The position numbers and the translations under genes are program-made. Below the pieces are notes generated by a model that was not told the origin of the DNA, searched no databases, and saw nothing but the letters and a program-made list of their open reading frames with translations. Shown here one piece after another: positions 56,720-64,000 of a stretch of DNA of 64,000 nucleotides (position 1 is its first letter; every line of letters begins with the position of its first letter). This stretch comes from an uncultured delta proteobacterium (GTDB taxonomy: Bacteria > Myxococcota_A > UBA9160 > UBA6930): NCBI GenBank assembly GCA_963722885.1, contig CAVROS010000037.1:79138-143137 (forward strand), given 5' to 3'.

Positions 56720-58493
56720 CTACGCCGCCTCTCGAAGGTGGGCGCGAATGGTCTCGGCATCGACCGGATCTGCAGCCATCTGTCTCGCGGGTCGGATGCG
56801 CAAGAGGTGGTAGAGCAGCGCGGTGATCGCAAGTCCGGCGACCACCACCATGCACGCCGCAATCCCCTGTCTCAGCTGATCCTCCTGGGAGCGAGACAGC
56901 GAGTCGGCGAGCAACGCCACGGCTCCGCCGATCGCAACCGCCGATAGCAGCGCGGCCGCAGCCGTCGGCGCGAGAACGTCCCGCACGATGCCCTTCGGTC
57001 CTCGCTCCGCGGCGTGGCGAAGCGCGCGCAGGGAGAAGTTGTCCAGAAACCAGCCAGTCTCCTCGTCCACGATGTGGGCATCTGCCGGCGGCCTGGTGTG
57101 ACCGGTGATGGGATCGTGAGCGTTCTCGCCCCGCTGGTGGCGGGCGATGCCATCGCGAATGGCGCCGTGCACGTCGCGGCTGATTGGATACCGGAAGAGG
57201 ATGACCAGCCCTCCGATGTGAAACGCGATCGGAAACAAGGTGAAGAGGCCTCGAATGGCGAGGGTCGCCCCGTCCGTGAGCTTGGGCAGCGTAGGGTCGT
57301 AACCCGCAGCGCCCATCAGAGCGAGCGGGAGAGTGGCGCCCAGGATCGCCACGAATTTGGGGATCAGGTTCAGAAAGGCTCCGAACTGCGCCTCGCGGCG
57401 CCTTCCCGTCCGCAGCTCGTCGTAGTCGATCACGTCCGCCATCATTGCCGGACCGAGGATCACGATGGCTCCGGCCGCGAACCCCCGAATCACCTCGAGG
57501 ACGATCATCCTGGTCGTCTGGCCCTCCCCTACCGTGAACAGCACGAAGCTCGAGACGACCCCTATCGCCGCCGTAATGATCCAGACAGGGAGCTTCCCGA
57601 TTCGTCGCGCCACCCCCATCCAGACCGGCAGCGACAGAAAGCCGGAGACGACATAGACACCGGCGAAGACGAGACGCCACTGGTCCTCGACCTGAAGCAC
57701 GTACTTGGTGAAGTAGGGCATCAGCAAGTGTCGGCATGGTTGCCGGAATGGTGCCGAGAATGGTGGCGAGGAGCAGGATACGGAAAGGGCGGTTGCGCAG
57801 AGCGCGCCGGATTCCGGGAACGAAGGGGGCGCGCTTCCGAGTCGAGAACTCCGGATGCTCCCGCACTCGCAACAGGGGCCAGACGAAGAGAACGATCATC
57901 AGCAACGCGAAACATCCCGTAAGCACCGCGAGCATCTCGCGGTCGTCCGCGAACATTCCCGCCGCCTTCGTCTGGTAGAGGAGGAAGAAGGACAGCATCA
58001 GCCCGAGCCCGCCAAGGATCGAGCGGTACCCGAAAAGGCTGGTGCGGTCGTCGTAGTCGGGGGAAAGCTCGAAGCCGAGGCCAGCGTAGGGAACGGCCCA
58101 GACGGTGTGGAAGAGGTAGTAGAGACAGTAGGCCGCTCCGATCCAGACCACCGCTCCGCCCTCTGCCGACAGACTCTGGGGTGGAAGGAACATGATCCAG
58201 TAGCAGAGAGCGCAGAGTGGAACTCCGAGTGGAATCCATGGCTTTCGCCGACCCCAGCGGGTCCGGGTGTGATCGGTGACCCACCCCATCAGCGGGTCGG
58301 TGATGGCGTCGAAGGCCCGGGCAATCGCCATCGCGACCGCCAACAGGCCGGCCGGCACCAGCACCGTATCCGTGTAGAAGATCTTCAGCTCGATGATCAC
58401 CGGGGCGGCCATCGCTGCCGTGGCGAAGCTGGGAACGGCGTAGGAGAGCTTGACCCCTAGAGAGGGTTTCCTCCAATCGGACGCCGGCTGCAC
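56720..58493 (-). CDS. MFS transporter of the GPH (glycoside-pentoside-hexuronide:cation symporter) type with an extra C-terminal extension, one frameshift as assembled (~57722-57738)
   Basis: The N-terminal half (KLSYAVPSFATAAMAAPVIIELKIFYTD ... DAITDPLMGWVTDHTRTRWGRRKPW) is in the frame of ORF 56619-58568. The C-terminal half (LMPYFTKYVLQVEDQW ... DYDELRTGRRREAQFGA) is in the frame of ORF 56720-57727. The start is uncertain; GTG 58493 is proposed. Confidence 0.75.
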
Positions 58494-58515
58494 GAGCCTC
58501 TTCGGATCCAAATCC

Positions 58516-59355
58516 CTACCGCAGATGCACGACGTTCGCCGTGATGAGTCGAGCGTGGTCGGAGGCAAGAAACGCGATCACCTGGGCCACTTCTCCCGGC
58601 TCGACGATGTGGATCAGATCGCCACGGCTCTTCACATGCTCTCGCACTGAATCCGTGATCCAGCCGGTGTCCGTGACAGGGGGATAGACGATGTTCGCCG
58701 TGACGCCAAAAGGCGCGAGCTCGAACGCCGCGGACATCGTGTAGTTCTCCAGCGCAGCCTTGGCAGCGCCATAGGAGACCTCGCCGGGAAATCCAAGGGC
58801 GCCGCCGGACGTGAGGCCAATGATGCGCCCCCAGCGGCCTCGTCTCTCCGCGTGTCGCCGAGCGAACTCGGCGATCATCAGACCCCCGCCGCGCGCGTCG
58901 ACTGAAAACTGCTGGTCGTGGGTAGCGGCGGATACCCGCGCCACCTCGAAACCGGCGCGGTGACGCTCACCTCCCGTGAAGGTGTCGGCCACCCATCCCG
59001 TGGCGTTGTTGACCAGGATATCGACCGGCCCCAGCTCGGCCTCCGCGAAGTCGAAGAGCCGTGCCGGCGCCGCCGCATCGCTGAGATCAGCCTCCAGAGA
59101 CACCGCTCGACCTCCCCGGGAACGAATCGAGGCCAGCACCTCGTCAGCTCCCTGGGCTCGGTTGCGCCAATAGGTCTCGGGGGTCCCCGACTCCGGCGGA
59201 TCGGAGACCCGCAGATAGGAGACCAACACGCGGGCGCCGCATTCGGCGAGAACCCTTGCGGTCGCGGCCCCGATTCCGTGGTTTGCGCCGGTAACCAGGG
59301 CCACGTGCCCTACCAGGTCATAGGGAAGCGTCGCGCCGGTATGGGCATCGGGCAT
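58516..59355 (-). CDS. SDR family oxidoreductase
   Basis: Intact 279-aa ORF with the motifs VTGANHGIGAATA, VNNATG, SYGAAKAAL and PPVTDTG. Confidence 0.85.
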   Translation of the reverse strand: MPDAHTGATLPYDLVGHVALVTGANHGIGAATARVLAECGARVLVSYLRVSDPPESGTPETYWRNRAQGADEVLASIRSRGGRAVSLEADLSDAAAPARLFDFAEAELGPVDILVNNATGWVADTFTGGERHRAGFEVARVSAATHDQQFSVDARGGGLMIAEFARRHAERRGRWGRIIGLTSGGALGFPGEVSYGAAKAALENYTMSAAFELAPFGVTANIVYPPVTDTGWITDSVREHVKSRGDLIHIVEPGEVAQVIAFLASDHARLITANVVHLR

Positions 59356-59441
59356 GGACGCAGCCTACCACGAGCGGCCAACTCCGGGGAACCTCGAGTA
59401 CCGCCGCAAATCGCCTGGACGGACGTGTTCGGCCGGTCGCT

Positions 59442-60077
59442 TCACCGGCTACGCAGACGACCCGCCTGGTGGGCCCAGACGCAGGCCCCGAAAAACACCA
59501 GATGAGCCAGGTTCGGAGCCGCTGGAACGAGAAATGACCGGAGCAGAGGTGTCGACATCCCGACGGCGACGAGCGCAACCATGACCAATGCGGGATTGGA
59601 GAGGCCGACAAGGCGGGGTGTCGAGTCTCGCCCACGCGTGACGAACCAGCCGAACAGAACGGAAGCCAGAAGCACCGAAACCGCAGCCAATGCCCAGAGA
59701 GCCAGGATCGTGGGCCCCCAGCTGGCCACCGACGAAAGCGGATCCTGCGCAGCGGCTCCAGCCTCGAAGTCCGCATGAATCTGGAAAGCGGTCAGCCCGT
59801 GGATCGCCGCGCCGAGCAGGGCTCCGATGCTCCCGAGCCAGAACACCGCACGAGCCGCACCCCGCGATACGGCTTCCACGATGCGAGAGGCGGAGTGGTA
59901 GCCCAACGCGTAGAACGGGATGGCCAGGACACCGAGCACGCCGCCGACCCAGAGAGAGGCGGCGGGTATCGCGGGAAGGGAGAGCTCCGGGCGCTGGCTG
60001 TTGCTGACATAGAGCATCAGGAGATCACCGATCGTCGCTGCCAAGGCGGCGAGAGCAGCGATGAGGGCGGCAAGCAT
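59442..60077 (-). CDS. Hypothetical integral membrane protein (about 6 TM segments)
   Basis: Start taken at the internal MLAALIAALAALAATIG. The sequence is hydrophobic throughout, and I recognise no family. Confidence 0.6.
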   Translation of the reverse strand: MLAALIAALAALAATIGDLLMLYVSNSQRPELSLPAIPAASLWVGGVLGVLAIPFYALGYHSASRIVEAVSRGAARAVFWLGSIGALLGAAIHGLTAFQIHADFEAGAAAQDPLSSVASWGPTILALWALAAVSVLLASVLFGWFVTRGRDSTPRLVGLSNPALVMVALVAVGMSTPLLRSFLVPAAPNLAHLVFFGACVWAHQAGRLRSR

Positions 60078-60103
60078 TGCCTGGGTCTGCTCGCGATCCG
60101 ATG

Positions 60104-60514
60104 CTAGGGCGCGTCGAGCGGATCGAGGCGGACCGGCATCACCGACTCGTTGTCTGGGCCAATGAAGCGAACCCACCGATCCGCCAAGCCGTATTTCGCG
60201 CGGAGAAGTTCATGGACCCTTGGGTGGGGACCCGGGACCGGCTGGGCGCGGTATCGATGGGTTTCTCCACCGCGCTCGATCTCCACGATGGGGCGAGCCG
60301 TCAGATTGCGCATCCAGTGAGAATCTGCGCCATGGAGCCACGAGACAGCACCGTCATCTACGATCCAAAGGCGGCTCTCGAGCCATCCACCATCAGCCTC
60401 CTGGGTCCGCAGCACGATCACCTCCCTCCCGACCTCGATCAATGCCCAGTGAGCCAGTAGATAGGCTACGCAAAGACCGAATATCGCTGCGACGACAATG
60501 GCGAATCGCTTCAT
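60104..60514 (-). CDS. Hypothetical membrane-anchored protein, with a possible split-barrel (DUF385/PNPOx-like) fold
   Basis: Start taken at MKRFAIVVAAIFGLCVAYLLA (TM anchor). The remainder (WLESRLWIVDDGAVSWLHGADSHWMRNLTARPIVEIERGG) loosely resembles deazaflavin-dependent nitroreductase-type proteins. Confidence 0.5.
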   Translation of the reverse strand: MKRFAIVVAAIFGLCVAYLLAHWALIEVGREVIVLRTQEADGGWLESRLWIVDDGAVSWLHGADSHWMRNLTARPIVEIERGGETHRYRAQPVPGPHPRVHELLRAKYGLADRWVRFIGPDNESVMPVRLDPLDAP

Positions 60515-60670
60515 CGGATGGCCGTACTCGGGATCAGTCGCCCCGCCCAACGCCGGCCGCCAGGCTGCGGCCGGCATCGAGCTTACCACGGGACCCCACC
60601 TCCGGGAACCCTGGCCTCCACCCTGGAGCGATTGAAATACGCTCTTCGACCGGGCAGCCTCGACGCCTTG

Positions 60671-61303
60671 TCAGGCGCCACCCTTTCCGGCATCCGCGTC
60701 ACCAAACGTCTCCCCGCCCGCTTCCAGATAGGCCACTTCTTCGCGCGTGGAGCGGCGCCGAAGAACCGCGTTCCGGTGAGGGAAACGTCCAAACTGACGG
60801 ATGACTTCGCGATGCCGAGCTGCGTACGCGACGAACTCTCCGAACATCGGCCGCAGGTCAGCCGGAGCCCGTGAAACCAGCTCCTCGAAGAGCTCCACTG
60901 AGCGGTCCTGAAGCAGTAGATCCTCGGAATGCTCCAACGGCAGGTAGAGGAACGACGCCTCGAGAGGATGAAGCTTCTGGCCGACACCTGCCTCGATCGC
61001 TCGAAGAGCGATCTCACGGGCTTTCGAGTCGAATTCGAATGAACGAGAACTCCCTCGGTACAGGTTTCGCGGGAACTGGTCGAGAACCAGAACCAATGCG
61101 AGGGCGGAGCGAGGCTCTCGGCTCCACCCGTCGAATTCACCCCGGAGCGCCCGATCCGGAAGGGATCCGAAGCGAGCTGCGATCGATCGATCGAAGGCGT
61201 CGCTCTGGACGAACCACAACTGCTTGCGTGAGGCCACAGTGTTCAGGGAATCGAGCGAGTCTCCGAACCAGAAGTCGAGGATCTCTTCGTACAGCCTACT
61301 CAC
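60671..61303 (-). CDS. DUF924-family protein
   Basis: Characteristic segments are ILDFWFG, LVLVLDQFPRNLYRG, FLYLPLEHSED and FGRFPHRNAVLRRRSTREE. Confidence 0.85.
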   Translation of the reverse strand: MSRLYEEILDFWFGDSLDSLNTVASRKQLWFVQSDAFDRSIAARFGSLPDRALRGEFDGWSREPRSALALVLVLDQFPRNLYRGSSRSFEFDSKAREIALRAIEAGVGQKLHPLEASFLYLPLEHSEDLLLQDRSVELFEELVSRAPADLRPMFGEFVAYAARHREVIRQFGRFPHRNAVLRRRSTREEVAYLEAGGETFGDADAGKGGA

Positions 61304-61321
61304 CTTCTGTTGCGCGACGCT

Positions 61322-61739
61322 CTAGAGGAAGTGAGAGAACATCTGGACGTCGTCCCGACGCTCCCATCCCGTTGGACCCCAGAACAGCTCACCGAACCGG
61401 TTGCTGCGGAAGACGAATACGTGGCATTTCCCGATTCCGGCCCGCCTGGAGGCCTGAGAGGCAGCGCTCAACGAGCGCGTGACCGATCCCGGCGCGACGC
61501 TCCGAAGAGTCCACTGCCAGGTGGTGGATGTAGCCGCGACGACCGTCGTGACCACAGAGGGCAGCGCCAACGAGGAGATCGCCTCGCACCGCGACCCAGC
61601 TGAGAGCGGGGTTTCGCTCGAGAAAATGCTCGAGGGAAGCGGGAGAGTCCGAGCCCAGGTCGATGCCCTCGGAACGAGACCAGAGCTCGAGGACACGGTC
61701 GATGTGCTCGGCTTCGAAGTTCCGGTATGTGACACTCAT
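61322..61739 (-). CDS. GNAT-family N-acetyltransferase, one frameshift as assembled (~61437-61446)
   Basis: MSVTYRNFEAEHIDRVLELW ... YIHHLAVDSSERRAGIGHALVERCL is in one frame. The tail AGIGKCHVFVFRSNRFGELFW ... MFSHFL is in another. Confidence 0.75.
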
Positions 61740-61886
61740 TCGATCAGATTGGCCCTTCCGCCCAACGGTCCGCGACAGGCCCGCGGCCCCGATCGACTTT
61801 ACCATGGGAGACTTAGCCGAGGGAACCCTGGCTGCCACTCCGGATCGATCGAGGAACGCTTTTCGGCTTTCCCATTCAGCCACTCG

Positions 61887-62546
61887 TCAGGCGACGGCCA
61901 CCCCGCGAACGGCCTCGAAGAAAGACGCCAGGAGCTGCTCATCCAGAAAGCCAGCGGGACGTAGGCCAGAGCAGACATCAACACCGAAGGGGCGAACCTG
62001 CCGGATTGCCTGTGCAACATTGTCCGGTCGGAGACCACCGGCGAGGAAGACGGGACAATCCAACTCGGCCACGATTCTGGCGCTGACTTCCCAGTCGTGC
62101 ACCCTACCCGTACCACCGAGCTCGCGAACCGGTCCGTCGGGTGTGCCCGAGTCGAGGAGGATGGCGTCGACCAGCGGCGCAGCAGAAACAGCGTTGGCGA
62201 TGGCGCTGGCGCCGGTGACATGAATGACCTGTACCAGGGAAACATCGGGAAGGGAGATTCGGAGTCTCCTGAGATCGGGGGCGTCGACGTGATCGACCAG
62301 CTGGATGGTGTCGACACCGGTCTCGCGTTGTTGGGCCACGATGAGGTCTGGGTCGCGTCGGCTCGTGAGAAGAAACGACCTGATTCCAGGGGGTATGGTC
62401 TTCGCGATCTCGCAGATCCGGTCGTCGGGAATTACCCCAACGCCCGAGGGCATTTCCGATACGAGCCCTACGGCGTGCGCGCCGTATCGAATTGCCAGTT
62501 GCGCCTCCGCTACCGAGGATATGCAGCAGATCTTTACCTGCATCAC
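61887..62546 (-). CDS. trpF: Phosphoribosylanthranilate isomerase
   Basis: Motifs are VKICCISSVAEAQLAIRYGAHAVGLV, QLVDH, DSGTPDGPVRELGGTGRVHDW and FLAGGLRPDNV. Confidence 0.85.
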   Translation of the reverse strand: MMQVKICCISSVAEAQLAIRYGAHAVGLVSEMPSGVGVIPDDRICEIAKTIPPGIRSFLLTSRRDPDLIVAQQRETGVDTIQLVDHVDAPDLRRLRISLPDVSLVQVIHVTGASAIANAVSAAPLVDAILLDSGTPDGPVRELGGTGRVHDWEVSARIVAELDCPVFLAGGLRPDNVAQAIRQVRPFGVDVCSGLRPAGFLDEQLLASFFEAVRGVAVA

Positions 62547-62626
62547 TCGATGGCTGCTGCCGCTTGGACCTCGCCGTCAGCTTTCCCGCGAGACGGAATC
62601 CCCACTTCGCATCCTCCTTCTCACCT

Positions 62627-63037
62627 CTACTTGAGCCGCTTGCTCTCGAAGCCTTCGATGTGTTGCCGCGCATCGCCGGCGATCTCGTCCCACGGCGCCT
62701 TCGATCCCACGAAGATATGACCCGCAACCCTTACTCCGGGATCAGAGTCCAGAAGCCCCGCAGGCACCCAGTAGGCGCCACCGGATGGATGCAGCATCGG
62801 TGTTGGCGATCCACACACCGCGCAGCGCCACGTCCCCCATCCAGATGGGAGCCGGAACTTCGTGATCTGATCCTCTCCTGTGACCCACTTGAGATTGTCT
62901 CGGCTCGTCATCAGCTGCAGGTTGGAGGCCACGCCAGACACCTTCCTGCACTTCGAGCAATGACACATCCCCAGATCGGTGGTCTTCCCGGTCACTTCGA
63001 ACTGGATGGCGCCACAGAGGCAACTACCTCGAATCAT
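62627..63037 (-). CDS. GFA (glutathione-dependent formaldehyde-activating enzyme / CENP-V) family protein
   Basis: The motifs GSCLCGAIQFEV, CHCSKCRK and CAVCGSP match the typical Zn-binding Cys pattern. Confidence 0.85.
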   Translation of the reverse strand: MIRGSCLCGAIQFEVTGKTTDLGMCHCSKCRKVSGVASNLQLMTSRDNLKWVTGEDQITKFRLPSGWGTWRCAVCGSPTPMLHPSGGAYWVPAGLLDSDPGVRVAGHIFVGSKAPWDEIAGDARQHIEGFESKRLK

Positions 63038-63397
63038 CGTTCAACCTCCAAGCCCCTCGTTCCACACCCCTACGGCCCGGGTGGCCCGCGGAACGAGGCA
63101 GCAAGTCGAAAGATCGGCCACTACGGTGCGGCTGGAATTGATCCTAACATGGGCGCGCCATCTACGGGAAGCCTCGAGACCAACCTGGAGCGATTGGACT
63201 GCGCTGTTGGGCCGTCGGCTTCAGCAGCTTGTGGGGCCGCGCTCGGCTCGACCTTCCCTGCTCGAGGCGGGCGAAGATCACGGGTTGACGCTACGAGGGC
63301 AGGCGTGTGCCAGCGCGCCGATCACTCTGCCCGATCCGTCGTGCGAGACGACCAGATCGAAATATGGGAGCACCGACGACTGTGATTGGCCAGCGCA

Positions 63398-63817
63398 CTA
63401 CTCCGCACCCTTCGTGAAGCTGGTAATATTTCGATCGATCTGGCTCCAGGAGACGGCCGATACAACCCAACTCTGATGTCCAGGTTCGACGACGCTCGGA
63501 TCGTCAAGGGTACCGGCTTTGACGTACACGAAGGCCGGATGCTTCGGGGCGGACGTAAAGATGGGAGAGCCACATTCTGGACAGAAATGACGGGTGAGCT
63601 CATTGCCGCTGTCGCTCTGCTTCGTGAATTCCTTCGGACTTCCACCGGTGATGCGGAAATCCGCGAGATCGAAGCGGACACCGATATTGAACGCGCTACC
63701 GGTGCACCGCCGACAGTCCTCGCAGTGGCAGTAGTTTGCCGGGCCGACCGATCCGCCGTACTCGTACGTGACGTGGCCACATAGACACCGCCCCTGAATC
63801 CTCCTACCCATCGTCAT
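63398..63817 (-). CDS. GFA family protein (second paralog)
   Basis: Motifs are GRCLCGHVTYEY, CHCEDCRRCTGSAF and FCPECGSPIF. Confidence 0.85.
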   Translation of the reverse strand: MTMGRRIQGRCLCGHVTYEYGGSVGPANYCHCEDCRRCTGSAFNIGVRFDLADFRITGGSPKEFTKQSDSGNELTRHFCPECGSPIFTSAPKHPAFVYVKAGTLDDPSVVEPGHQSWVVSAVSWSQIDRNITSFTKGAE

Positions 63818-63878
63818 TCCTCGCGTGGTGCAATCCGCAGCCGCAGCGAAATCTCACACCGGCCAACCGCCGGCCACT

Positions 63879-64000
63879 CTACCCCTCGCCATCGTCCTCG
63901 ATCCGCTTCCCGAGGCCCACCACGTCGTCGATTCGATAGCCGATCCTCTCGTAGAACCCGATCGCAGCGGTGTTGGCACCGCGGACCTGGACGTTTACCT
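63879..64000 (-). CDS. C-terminal end of a GNAT-family acetyltransferase (the gene starts beyond the window)
   Basis: The reverse translation reads ...VNVQVRGANTAAIGFYERIGYRIDDVVGLGKRIEDDGEG-stop. The xAIxFYExxGF/Y motif is typical of GNAT C-termini. Confidence 0.6.
   Translation of the reverse strand, partial: VNVQVRGANTAAIGFYERIGYRIDDVVGLGKRIEDDGEG

Noticed and set aside
1-64000. Hypothesis that frameshift sites coincide with GATC (methylation-linked basecalling errors). GATC lies in or within 5 nt of about 8 of the 23 shift intervals.
   Set aside because: GATC is very frequent here. Hand counts give about 10 in nt 1-600, 4 in 30001-30600 and about 9 in 54001-54600. Six to nine coincidences are therefore expected by chance, so there is no demonstrable enrichment.
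1-64000. Search for tRNA, rRNA, tmRNA, transposase, integrase, phage, toxin-antitoxin or CRISPR features.
   Set aside because: I found none by eye. There are no T-loop-like GGTTCGAATCC motifs in intergenic regions and no recognisable mobility or defence protein signatures in any ORF. Covariance-model scans would be needed to exclude small RNAs.

Overview
GC-rich bacterial chromosomal segment. Hand-counted 120-nt samples range from about 52% to 75% GC. A Pal lipoprotein and predicted outer-membrane proteins point to a Gram-negative (diderm) organism. I support about 55 protein-coding genes. I found no rRNA, tRNA, CRISPR array, transposase, integrase or phage genes. The content is mostly housekeeping plus acyl-CoA, lipid and redox metabolism: a biotin carboxylase, several SDRs, a TPP enzyme, a thiolase-like protein, CoA-transferases, an acyl-CoA synthetase, glcDEF, an F420/LLM oxidoreductase and a Zn-ADH.

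The most interesting locus is a tightly packed, co-directional envelope module at 35.3-42.6 kb: DUF1302 barrel, DUF1329, MMPL-type RND pump, TerB-domain protein and a Ycf48-like beta-propeller. It runs straight on into CoA-transferase, SDR and oxidoreductase genes up to 46.9 kb.

Other notable signals:
- A 68-bp REPIN-like palindrome family, with two near-identical copies and one degenerate copy.
- A thiolase-like/DUF35 fusion with Ser in place of the nucleophilic Cys.
- Tandem LuxR-type paralogs.
- A low-GC two-gene insert at 48.5-50.8 kb.
- Secreted Ig-like proteins, one with a Lys/Ala-rich repeat tail.

Major caveat: at least 23 apparent frameshifts, one in-frame TGA and two genes without a plausible stop are visible. 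Six of the frameshifts fall in a single 2.2-kb gene. The assembly probably carries indel errors, or some loci are decaying, so gene boundaries in those places are approximate.
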